Below, in pieces: positions 1 through 10,145 of a stretch of 64,000 nucleotides of DNA (position 1 is its first letter; every line of letters begins with the position of its first letter). The translations under genes and the position numbers were made by a program. Source of the stretch: an uncultured Planctomycetaceae bacterium. Lineage in GTDB: Bacteria > Planctomycetota > Phycisphaerae > SM23-33. The stretch is taken from positions 2,405 to 66,404 of the forward strand of contig CAZTVF010000009.1 of the NCBI GenBank assembly GCA_964616985.1, written 5' to 3'. The notes below the pieces were generated by a model. It had not been told where the DNA came from and searched no databases. It saw nothing but the letters and a program-made list of their open reading frames with translations.

Positions 1-1080
<1,080 letters not shown>

Positions 1081-1367
1081 GCCTGCCGCGTCGGCCGGGC
1101 TGGCAAAACGAACCCGGCGCCGGCCGGCAGGCCCGGCGGGGGTGAGAAGGCGGCACCGGTTCATTCTCATCTCCCGGCAAATCGAACCCGGCGCCGGCGG
1201 CAGTAGCCCCATCGTCTTGACACTGCAAAACCCTCCGGTCTTGTTCGGCATTCTCCATCGTCGCGTGTTCCGCCCCGCGGTCGGAGTGAAAAACGAACCC
1301 CGCGGCCCTCCATGTTCAGATACAACATATTTGTTCGTAAGAGGATATGTGAAACACTGTCAGCGTT

Positions 1368-1482
1368 CGGTGCCACCCCGCCCGCCTTCGGCGGGAATGA
1401 CCAAGGGCCAATGACAAATGACCAAGTGAGAAGACGGGGAAATAGCCCAGTCGGTGCCACCCCCAAACTTGTTTGGGGGTGA
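1368..1482 (-). repeat. Reverse-oriented copy of the ~84-bp intergenic repeat plus CGGTGCCACCCCCAAACTTGTTTGGGGGTG palindrome
   Basis: cccgccttcggcgggaatgaccaagggccaatgacaaatgaccaag...gtcggtgccacccccaaacttgtttgggggtg is the reverse complement of the units at 1708-1956. Confidence 0.8.
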
Positions 1483-1707
1483 GAAGACGTCACCCACTTG
1501 CGGGCGTGATTCGCTTGGCACTGTGCGCGCACCCCTTAAGACGACGGTACGCACAGAACGGGGCCAAACCGGAAAGAAAACCGAGGTGGGTCTTCGAGAT
1601 CTGGGCTGGTGTCGAACGGCGGGATGACGGCCTCACGGGCCACACCCAAATCGGATCAATTACGGGCCTCAACTCGGTGCCTGTCCTCACCCCCAAAACA
1701 AGTTTGG

Positions 1708-1956
1708 GGGTGGCACCGACTTGTCCAGTTCTTCAGGCTTGTCATTGGTCATTCGTCCTTGGTCCTTGGTCATTCCCGCCGAAGGCGGGTGGGGTGGCAC
1801 CGACTTGGCCAGTTCTTCGGGCTTGTCATTGGTCATTCGTCCTTGGTCCTTGGTCATTCCCGCCGAAGGCGGGCGGGTGGCACCGACTTGTCCAGTTCTT
1901 CGGGCTTGTCATTGGTCATTCGTCATTGGTCCTTGGTCATTCCCGCCGAAGGCGGG
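1708..1956 (+). repeat. Three near-identical tandem ~84-bp units (GGTGGCACCGAC..., heptamer run GTCATTG/GTCCTTG, hairpin CCCGCCGAAGGCGGG)
   Basis: TGGCACCGAC recurs at 1711, 1795 and 1878 (periods 84 and 83 bp) with near-identical intervening sequence. Confidence 0.92.
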
Positions 1957-2115
1957 GCGGGCCAATATCGTTGAAACCTTTGGCTGTTGGTTGCGTCCAA
2001 CGTCATAATGGCGGGCGACCTAACAAGTGCGCGGTTGGATCGTCTTCTCTATAGCGGTCGAACTGCGCATGCGGGTGTGACTGACCTTTCGTTCGCGACG
2101 ACAAAGGAGCTTCTG

Positions 2116-5100
2116 ATGAAACGCGTCATGTCGATGGTGCTCTTGGCGGCGGGTCTGGCCTCGGCCTTCTTCACGCCCTCGGTGGCGGCGGCGGGCGAGG
2201 TGGGCTTTGTGGAGGACTTCGCCCTGTCGGCCGACCGGGCGGCGGCGCTCAAGCAACTCGTGCCGGGCACCGACGAGTATTACTACTACAACGCCCTGCA
2301 CCTGCAGAACACGGGCGACTTCGCCGGCGTCGACGGCATCCTCAAGCAGTGGATCGAGCGCCGCAAGGGCCGCAACGCCATGATCGAGGAGATCGAGTGC
2401 CGCCAGGCCCTCCTCCGCTACGACAAGGACCCCAAGGCCTCGTTGGACTTCATCACCCGCCGCCTGGGCGTGCAGTTCAATCACCAGCGCGAGGTGCTGG
2501 GGGCCAAGACCAACCTGCCCACCAAGCTCGACGACAAGGCCATCGCCTACGAGACGCTCCTGCAGCGGGCCCTGGCCAACAATTCCCAGACCGTCGACGG
2601 CCTGGAGCCCGCGGCCCTGGAGGCCCTGGCCGCGTCCAAGCTCGAGGGCGACCGCCGCCGCGCGCTGCTGTCGAAGCTCACCCGGCCGGACGTGCCGGGC
2701 CTGGTCCAGCTGGTCGTGGACGATCTGAAATATCGCAACAGCGGCGGGTTCGGCTCGCTGCCGATCCACTCGCAGATGCTGCAGTCGCAGCTGGACGAGC
2801 TCCTCAAGCTCATGCCCGAGCTGCTGAAGGAGACGCGGTTCATCAACGCCTACCTGCCCAAGCTTCGCCCGGGCGTGGGCGTCGATTGGCAGCATGACGC
2901 CAAGGAGCGGCAGGCCTACCTCGACCGGCTGCAGGGCTTCGTGTCGCAGCTGGTGCCCGCGCACAACTCGCTCAAGGCGTGCGTGCTGTATCACCGGCTG
3001 GTGCACGACGCGGCACTGGGCGTGTACGACAAGGACCGCTTCATGGCGTACATCCAGCTGCCGCGCAGCGTCTCGTACCTGTCCAAGTGGTTCAACGAGC
3101 AGGAGGACCGCCGCCGCTGGATGGCCGACCTCAATGCCGACTTCCTGCCCGTGACGCAACTGCCCCGCGTGGCCAGCGACGAGGCCCTCGTCCGCAACTA
3201 CCTGCAGCACTTCTTCCTCACCGAGGACACCTACGAGCCCTACGCGCAGTGGATTAACGACCTGTACCTCAAGGACCTCTTCGCCGAGACCAAGATCGTC
3301 AACGGGCTGGGCGACGCCGAGAAGCTCGCCTCCATGCTGGACCCGCAGCGCTTCCGCGCCCTCAAGGACCGCGTCGACATCGACTTCGCCCTGACCAACA
3401 AGGCCTGGTTCGCCGGCGAGGAGGCCGTCTCGCTCGACGTCTTCGTCAAGAACGTGCCCTCGCTGATCGTGAAGGTCTACCAGGTCAACACGCTGAACTT
3501 CTACCGTGCCGGCCTCAAGGAGGTCGACACGGACATCAACCTCGACGGCCTGGTGGCCAACGAGGAGGTCACCAACGACTACAAGGACGTGGCCCCGCTG
3601 CTCCGCGTGAAGCGGACGTTCGAGTTCAAGGGCCTCAACAAGCCCGGCACGTACGTGATCGAGTTCATCGGCAACGGCGCCGCCAGCCGCGCCCTCGTCC
3701 GCAAGGGCCGCCTGACGCACCTGGTGCATACCGGCTCGGCCGGGCAGGTGTTCACCATCCTGGACGAGGCCGGCAAGAAGGTCGACAACGCCCGCCTCTA
3801 CCTCGGCGGTCACGAGTACCTCGCCGACAAGGATGGCAGCATCACCGTGCCGTTCAGCACCGCCCCCGGGCAGCAGACGGTTGTGCTGTCGGCCGGCGAG
3901 GTGCACTCGCTGGCGGTGTTCGATCACCAGGCCGAGCGGTACGTCCTGGACGCGGGCTTCCACGTGGAGCGCGAGAGCCTGCTGCGTCGCAAGAAGGCCA
4001 CGCTGATCATCCGCCCGGTGCTGAAGATCAACGGGGCGCTGGCCGATCTGTCGATCCTGCAGAACGTCAAGCTGATGATGAACTCGGTGGACCTGGACAA
4101 CATCGCCAGCTCGCGCGAGGTGCCGGACTTCAAGCTGTCGCTGGACAAGGAATCGACGTGCGAGTTCCAGGTGCCCGAGCGGCTGGCGCAGATCAGCTTC
4201 GTGCTCAGGGCGCAGGTCCGCAGCCTGTCGCAGGCCAAGGACATGGACGTTGCCGACAGCAAGAGCTTCACGCTCAACCAGATCGACCGCACCGAGAAGG
4301 TGGACGACCTGTTCCTTGTGCGCTCCGACGCCGGCTGGGCGGTGGACATGCTGGGCAAGAACGGCGAGGCCCGCGGCGGGCGGCCGGGCAACTTCGAATT
4401 CAAGCACCGCTTGTTCACGCAGAGCGTGCACGCCTCGCTGCAGACGGATGAGCAGGGTCGCGTGACCCTCGGCGCCCTGGGCGACATCGACTGGCTGTCG
4501 GCCACCACGACCGATGGCGTGAGCCACCGCTGGACCGTCCCGGCCGATCGCTGCAGCTACCTCGCCAACGTCAACGGCCGGGTGGGCGAGGCGATCCAGA
4601 TCCCCTACATGGGCACGGCCAGGGAAGTGACGGCCGCGGAGTTCTCGCTGCTTTCGACGAACGGGGGCACGTTCATCGACGACTATATCAAGTCGCTCAA
4701 ACTCGTCGATGGCGTGCTGGTGCTCGACAAGCTGCCCGAGGGCGATTACAGCCTGCTGATCAAGTCGCAAGGCACGAGGATTGATGTCCGCGTGACCAAC
4801 GGGCCGGTGGTGGAGAACTTCGCCGTCGGCGCGGTCCGCCGCCTGGAGATCATCAACCCCAGGCCGCTGCAGATCGCATCGGTGGATACTGCCGCCGACA
4901 CGATCGCAGTGAAGCTGGTCAACGCCTCGGCCATCACTCGCGTTCACGTCGCGGCCGTGAGGTTCCAGCCGGAATACTTCATCTTCGGCGACTTGGCCAT
5001 CGAGGCCCTGGAGCCGAAGATGGGCGCCGTGACCAAGCTCGACTCGGCCTATGTCGTCGGCCGCAACATCGGCGACGAGTATCGCTACATCCTCGACCGC

Positions 5101-8100
5101 AAGTACGCCGTGAAGTTCCCGGGCAACATGCTGGCCCGGGCGGGCCTGCTTCTGAACCCGTGGGCGATCAGCAAGACGCAGACCGGCGAGCAGGTGGCAG
5201 CACGCGGAGGCCTTTTCGGCGCCGCCGGCGCGCCATCGCCATCGCTCAGCCACTCGCTTGAGAAGATGCGTTCCGCTTACCCGCAACTCGTTTTGGGCAT
5301 GTCCTCGGACCTGGACTTCCTTGCCGCCCCCGCGGCGGTGCTGGCGAACCTTCAGCCGGACAAGAACGGCGTGGTCACCATCAACCGCAAGGATCTGGGC
5401 GACCACCAGTACATCCAGGTGATCGCCGTCGACCCGCTGAACACGGTTTATCGCCAGGTGGCGCTGACGGAGGCCAAGCTGCAGCGGCAGGACCAGCGGC
5501 TGATGGCCACCGCGCTGGACCCGGCCAAGCACCTGGCCGAGCAGAAGCAGATCACGCTGGTGGACAAGGGCCAGAAGTTCGTCGTGCCCGATATCTCCGC
5601 CAGCGGCGTGGAGGCGTATGACAGCCTGGCGAAGGTCTACACCTTCTACTCGACGATCTCCAACGACCCGACGCTGCGGGAGTTCGCGTTCATCGTCACG
5701 TGGGACAAGCTCACGCCCGAGCAGAAACGCGAGAAGTACTCCAAGTACGCCTGCCACGAGCTGAACTTCTTCCTCTCTCGCAAGGATGCGGAGTTCTTCG
5801 CCAAGGCTGTCCAGCCGTACCTCAAGAACAAGAAGGACAAGACCTTCATGGACCGCTTCCTCGTGAATGAGGACCTGGCGGGCTACCTCCAGCCGTGGGA
5901 ATTCGAGCGGCTGAACATGGCCGAGCGGGCGCTGCTGGGTCAGCGCATCGCCGAGCAGCAGGCGGCGATGGCGCGGCACGAGAAGGACGTGTACGACCTC
6001 CTGCCGGTGGACCTGGAGCGATTCAACTTCCTGTTCAAGACCGCGCTGAAGGCCGGCAGCCTGGAGTCCACCGTGACCTTCGCGGTCGGCGATACGATGC
6101 AGATGGACGGGAAGCTTGTGTCTTCGGACATGGCGACGTTCAGGAAGAACGGTGACGGGACGTTGTTGATCAACGGTTCCGCGTTCAAAGGCGGCGGGGG
6201 CGCCGGCGGTGCGGGCCCTGCTCCGGGCGCGCCCCTGACCAGCCCCGCGGCCGACAAGAAGGAAACGGAGATGCTGGAGAAGAAGATGGAGCAGCGGGCC
6301 GCTGCCAAGCAGGACGACCTCGGTGACCGGGATCGCCTCAGCGAGGCCCCAGCCGACGCCGAGAGACAGGCCAAGAAGATCTCCGGCGAGGCCGCGAAGC
6401 GCAAGGAGGCCCGCCAGCTTTACCGCCAGGTGGACAAGACCGAGGAGTGGGTCGAGAACAACTACTACCACCTGCCCATCGAGCGGCAGGATGCCACGCT
6501 GATCACGCCCAGCGCGTTCTGGCGCGACTTCGCCGCCGCACCGGCCGGCAAGCCGTTCCTCTCGACCAACCTCGCCGAGGCCTCGCGCAACTTCAGCGAG
6601 ATGATGTTCGCCCTGGCCGTGCTGGACCTGCCGATGGCGAGCCCCAAGAGCGACGTCGAGTTCAAGGACGCCCAGATGACGCTCACCCCCGGCGGCCCGG
6701 CCGTCATCTACCACAAGGAGATCAAGGACGCCCAGCCCGCCCCCGAGAAGACGCCCATCCTGGTCAGCCAGAACTTCTTCCGCCTCAGCGACCGCTACCG
6801 CTACGAGAACAACGAGCGGTTCGACAAGTACGTGACGGAGGAGTTCCTCACGGCCGTGGTGTACGGCGCGCAGGTGGTGATCACCAACCCCACCTCGGCC
6901 CGCCAGCGGATCGACCTGCTGCTGCAGATTCCCAAGGGCGCCATGCCCGTCATGGGCAGCCAGGCCACGCGCGGCGTGTACATGGACCTTCAGCCGTTCA
7001 GCACGGCCACGTTCGAGTATTACTTCTACTTCCCGCAGGCGGGCGATTTCGACCACTTCCCCGTGCACGTGGGCAAGAACGACAAGCTGCTGGCGTACGC
7101 CGAGGCGGTGAAGTTCAAGGTGGTGGTCGAGCCCACGAAGATCGACCGCGCGTCGTGGGATTACATCTCGCAGAACGCCACCGACGAGGAACTGCTGACG
7201 TACCTCAAGGACAATAACATCAACCGCCTGAACCTCGAGCGGATCGCCTACCGCATGAAGAACGCCGAGTTCTTCAAGGCCGCGATCGCGCTGCTGGACT
7301 CGCGCCACGTGTACAACCACACGCTGTGGTCGTACGGCCTGCAGCACAACGTGCTGCCCGCCATCCGCCAGTACCTCCAGCACGCCGACAGCTTCGTGGC
7401 CGGGTGCGGGGCGTATATCGACTCCAAGCCGCTGACCATCAACCCCGTCGAACGCCGCGCCTACCAGCACATGGAGTACGCCCCGCTGGTCAACGCCCGC
7501 GCTCACAAGCTGGGCAAGGGCCGCCAGATCGTCAACGACCGCCTCTTCCAGCAGTACGGGCGGCTGATGAAGATCCTCACCTATCGTCCGCAGCTGGACA
7601 ACGACGACCTGATGGCCGTCACGTACTACATGCTGCTGCAGGACCGCGTGGAAGAAGGCCTGGGCTTCTTCGCCCGCGTCGATGCCAAGAAGCTGCCCAC
7701 GGCGCTGCAGTACGACTACTTCACCGCCTACACCGCGTTCTACCGGCAGGACCTCAAGGCCGCGGGCGAGGCGGCGGCGAAGTACAAGGACTACCCCGTC
7801 GACCGCTGGCAGAAGCTGTTCGCCGACGTGCAGAACCAGATCGCCGAGGCCGCCAGCGGCGCGGCCAAGGTCTCCGACAAGGACGACCGCACGCAGGGCC
7901 AGACGCAGCTGGCCGCCACCGACACGAGCTTCGAGCTCACCGTTGAGGCCCGCAAGGTGACGGTGAAGTACCAGAACCTCGCCTCGGCCCAGGTGAACTA
8001 TTACCTGATGGACGTGGAGCTGCTGTTCTCTCGCAACCCGTTCGTGCAGCAATACGGCAACCAGTTCGCGTTCATCCGCCCCAACGAGACGGCCGTGCTG

Positions 8101-8499
8101 AAGGACCTGCCCAAGGACAAGAGCGTGCTGACGTTCGACCTGCCGGCGAAGTTCACCAACAGCAACGTGATGGTCGAGGTCGTCGCCGGCGGGCAGACCA
8201 AGGCCCAGGCGTACTTCGCCAATTCGCTGGCGGTGCAGGTGATCGAGAATTACGGCCAGGTGAAGGTCTCGCACGAGAAGACCGGCGCGGCGATGGCGAA
8301 GGTGTACGTGAAGACCTACGCCCGCATGAAAGACGGCAGCGTGAAGTTTTACAAGGACGGGTACACCGATGTGCGAGGCCGGTTCGAGTACACCTCGCTG
8401 AACACCGACGAACTGGACCAGGTGGACCGCTTCAGCTTGCTGATCCTCAGCGAGACCGACGGCGCCGTCGTCCGCGAAGCCGCCCCGCCGAAGAGGTAA
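2116..8499 (+). CDS. Very large secreted conserved hypothetical protein (2127 aa), alpha-2-macroglobulin-like architecture suspected
   Basis: Strong GC3 codon bias; AAGGAG at 2104-2109 before ATG 2116; Sec signal MKRVMSMVLLAAGLASAFFTPSVAAAG; beta-sandwich (MG-like) segments, low-complexity linkers, helical region. The CDS is certain, the function is inferred. Confidence 0.8.
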   Translation: MKRVMSMVLLAAGLASAFFTPSVAAAGEVGFVEDFALSADRAAALKQLVPGTDEYYYYNALHLQNTGDFAGVDGILKQWIERRKGRNAMIEEIECRQALLRYDKDPKASLDFITRRLGVQFNHQREVLGAKTNLPTKLDDKAIAYETLLQRALANNSQTVDGLEPAALEALAASKLEGDRRRALLSKLTRPDVPGLVQLVVDDLKYRNSGGFGSLPIHSQMLQSQLDELLKLMPELLKETRFINAYLPKLRPGVGVDWQHDAKERQAYLDRLQGFVSQLVPAHNSLKACVLYHRLVHDAALGVYDKDRFMAYIQLPRSVSYLSKWFNEQEDRRRWMADLNADFLPVTQLPRVASDEALVRNYLQHFFLTEDTYEPYAQWINDLYLKDLFAETKIVNGLGDAEKLASMLDPQRFRALKDRVDIDFALTNKAWFAGEEAVSLDVFVKNVPSLIVKVYQVNTLNFYRAGLKEVDTDINLDGLVANEEVTNDYKDVAPLLRVKRTFEFKGLNKPGTYVIEFIGNGAASRALVRKGRLTHLVHTGSAGQVFTILDEAGKKVDNARLYLGGHEYLADKDGSITVPFSTAPGQQTVVLSAGEVHSLAVFDHQAERYVLDAGFHVERESLLRRKKATLIIRPVLKINGALADLSILQNVKLMMNSVDLDNIASSREVPDFKLSLDKESTCEFQVPERLAQISFVLRAQVRSLSQAKDMDVADSKSFTLNQIDRTEKVDDLFLVRSDAGWAVDMLGKNGEARGGRPGNFEFKHRLFTQSVHASLQTDEQGRVTLGALGDIDWLSATTTDGVSHRWTVPADRCSYLANVNGRVGEAIQIPYMGTAREVTAAEFSLLSTNGGTFIDDYIKSLKLVDGVLVLDKLPEGDYSLLIKSQGTRIDVRVTNGPVVENFAVGAVRRLEIINPRPLQIASVDTAADTIAVKLVNASAITRVHVAAVRFQPEYFIFGDLAIEALEPKMGAVTKLDSAYVVGRNIGDEYRYILDRKYAVKFPGNMLARAGLLLNPWAISKTQTGEQVAARGGLFGAAGAPSPSLSHSLEKMRSAYPQLVLGMSSDLDFLAAPAAVLANLQPDKNGVVTINRKDLGDHQYIQVIAVDPLNTVYRQVALTEAKLQRQDQRLMATALDPAKHLAEQKQITLVDKGQKFVVPDISASGVEAYDSLAKVYTFYSTISNDPTLREFAFIVTWDKLTPEQKREKYSKYACHELNFFLSRKDAEFFAKAVQPYLKNKKDKTFMDRFLVNEDLAGYLQPWEFERLNMAERALLGQRIAEQQAAMARHEKDVYDLLPVDLERFNFLFKTALKAGSLESTVTFAVGDTMQMDGKLVSSDMATFRKNGDGTLLINGSAFKGGGGAGGAGPAPGAPLTSPAADKKETEMLEKKMEQRAAAKQDDLGDRDRLSEAPADAERQAKKISGEAAKRKEARQLYRQVDKTEEWVENNYYHLPIERQDATLITPSAFWRDFAAAPAGKPFLSTNLAEASRNFSEMMFALAVLDLPMASPKSDVEFKDAQMTLTPGGPAVIYHKEIKDAQPAPEKTPILVSQNFFRLSDRYRYENNERFDKYVTEEFLTAVVYGAQVVITNPTSARQRIDLLLQIPKGAMPVMGSQATRGVYMDLQPFSTATFEYYFYFPQAGDFDHFPVHVGKNDKLLAYAEAVKFKVVVEPTKIDRASWDYISQNATDEELLTYLKDNNINRLNLERIAYRMKNAEFFKAAIALLDSRHVYNHTLWSYGLQHNVLPAIRQYLQHADSFVAGCGAYIDSKPLTINPVERRAYQHMEYAPLVNARAHKLGKGRQIVNDRLFQQYGRLMKILTYRPQLDNDDLMAVTYYMLLQDRVEEGLGFFARVDAKKLPTALQYDYFTAYTAFYRQDLKAAGEAAAKYKDYPVDRWQKLFADVQNQIAEAASGAAKVSDKDDRTQGQTQLAATDTSFELTVEARKVTVKYQNLASAQVNYYLMDVELLFSRNPFVQQYGNQFAFIRPNETAVLKDLPKDKSVLTFDLPAKFTNSNVMVEVVAGGQTKAQAYFANSLAVQVIENYGQVKVSHEKTGAAMAKVYVKTYARMKDGSVKFYKDGYTDVRGRFEYTSLNTDELDQVDRFSLLILSETDGAVVREAAPPKR

Positions 8500-8506
8500 C
8501 GGATTT

Positions 8507-8800
8507 AACCACAAAGGACACGAAGAGCACAAAGAAGAGAAACAGGTGGTAAGGGTGGCGGCCTTCCCAGGCCGCCGCCCGTCGGCGGGAAAGACCAATG
8601 ACAAGCCCAAGGAACCAGCCGAGTCGGTGCCACCCCCAAACTTGTTTGGGGGTGCGAAGGCGGCACCGAGTTCATCTCCATAACACGAGTAAATAGAACA
8701 CAATCGCTGCATATGTCTCCGCAACCCCGCCTTCGGCGGGAATGACCATGACAAATGACAAGCCCAAGGAACCAGCCAAGTCGGTGCCACCCCCAAACTC
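8507..8800 (-). repeat. Composite intergenic repeat block with two reverse copies of the ~84-bp unit
   Basis: Nonamer-type run accacaaaggacacgaagagcacaaag; gggtggcggccttcccaggccgcc at 8553; atgacaagcccaaggaaccagcc(g/a)agtcggtgccacccccaaac occurs twice. Confidence 0.82.
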
Positions 8801-9253
8801 GTGGTTCATCACCGAATTCCGGGGAAGGCGACCCGCGTCCCGGGCCCGACGCCTGCGTCGCCCAGCCCTTGGGGTAGGGTGGGCAGGGCTTGCCCACCAT
8901 CCCGCCCGATTGATCCACCCGGACGCTTTATGCCTCTTTGCGGGCGGGGTCGCGTGCGTCACGCGCGGAGCCCGCCGGCGACGGTCGCGCTGAGAAGCAG
9001 CGAACCGCAGAACTCCGAACACTGAACAGCAGAACTCCGAAGGGAAAGACCCCCGATCTACAGTCTTTCACTTCGATATTCGAAATTCCTTGTTCTGCGG
9101 TTCTGCTGTTCGCTGCTTCTTCGCCCCCAGCGCATAGACCGTCATGATGAATGGGGCACGTTGGATGGTGGGCATGCCTGCCCACCCTACGGGGCATCGC
9201 TTTCTCGTCCCCGATAGTCCGTGATGAACCAAACGAGTTTGGGGGTGGCACCG
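8782..9253. repeat. Nested inverted-repeat (MITE/REP-composite-like) element
   Basis: Arm pairs 8782-8812/9221-9253, 8874-8902/9163-9190 and 8993-9050/9063-9120. Confidence 0.82.
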
Positions 9254-9288
9254 CGTGTGATGCTCATCATCTGCGGGCTATGTGCCTG

Positions 9289-9294
9289 TATAAT
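9289..9294 (+). promoter_or_regulatory. Perfect -10 box TATAAT 7 nt before ATG (putative leaderless promoter)
   Basis: ctgTATAATcccgatcATG with no Shine-Dalgarno. Confidence 0.55.
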
Positions 9295-9301
9295 CCCGAT
9301 C

Positions 9302-10045
9302 ATGGCACTCACCGAACGCCTCACCGAAATCGTTGGCGACTTTGCGAAACGAAAGTCGCTGTCATTGCGCGATCTGATCGTGCACGCCCCGGACTGCTGG
9401 AACGTCCGCGTCGCATTCGCCGCCGATGGCCTGGGCCGGTTTGGCATTCGCAACCTGGCGGCCGGAGATGGCAAGGCCATGCACGAGTTCGGCCGCTCGC
9501 TGGGCGATCGCGCCAAGGAGCTCTTCGCGCCGTACCCGTGGAACGAGGCGGCGAATCTCGATGCCGCCTTCGCCGCGGCCATCGGGCAATCGACCGCGCG
9601 GGTGGATGCATCGTACCTGCTGGAGCATGAGGGGCGCGCGATCGACCACTTCTTCCTGTGGAAGGCCGGCGGCAACCCGCAGACGCAGGCGGCGGGGCTG
9701 GAGATTCCCGAACTCGGCGTCGCCATCGCCGACGCCTGGCAGGGCCGCGGCCTGGGCGGCCTGGCCGTGCGCGTGCTGCAGGCCGTCGCTCACGACCTCG
9801 GCTGCGACGCGATCGAACTGACGACCGCCACCTTCAACGACGCCGGCTGGGGCACCTACCAGCGGGCCGGCTTCGAGTACGTCGGTATCCTGCGGATTCC
9901 GCTGGGCGTGGACGTGACGGCGGCCGAGGCCGGCGAGGTGCACGCCACCGCCTTCCGCGACGAGCGCCAGATGGTCTACTGCATCAACGCCGCCACGCGC
10001 CCACGCGTCCTGGAGTACCTCGCCGCCAAACGCGCGAAGGCGTGA
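9302..10045 (+). CDS. GNAT family N-acetyltransferase
   Basis: LGVAIADAWQGRGLGG acetyl-CoA motif A; IELTT..FN......YQRAGF motif B. Confidence 0.85.
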   Translation: MALTERLTEIVGDFAKRKSLSLRDLIVHAPDCWNVRVAFAADGLGRFGIRNLAAGDGKAMHEFGRSLGDRAKELFAPYPWNEAANLDAAFAAAIGQSTARVDASYLLEHEGRAIDHFFLWKAGGNPQTQAAGLEIPELGVAIADAWQGRGLGGLAVRVLQAVAHDLGCDAIELTTATFNDAGWGTYQRAGFEYVGILRIPLGVDVTAAEAGEVHATAFRDERQMVYCINAATRPRVLEYLAAKRAKA

Positions 10046-10145
10046 CGGGCGGACACGTTTTGGGGGAAACAAGCCGCCGCGAGGCGGGTTCAATGTGAAT
10101 CGCACTGTGATACCGTGTCCGTTTCCGTTTCAGCAAGGAAGACGT

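Noticed and set aside
1708-1956. CRISPR array
   Set aside because: The units are near-identical over their whole length, with no unique spacers and no cas genes.
1081-2054. Short ORFs with SLVIGH/WSFV repeats
   Set aside because: They are translations of heptamer repeats and lack coding bias.
2020-8796. 2258-aa minus-strand ORF
   Set aside because: Antisense shadow of the high-GC3 plus-strand gene; no motifs, and it starts in repeat DNA.
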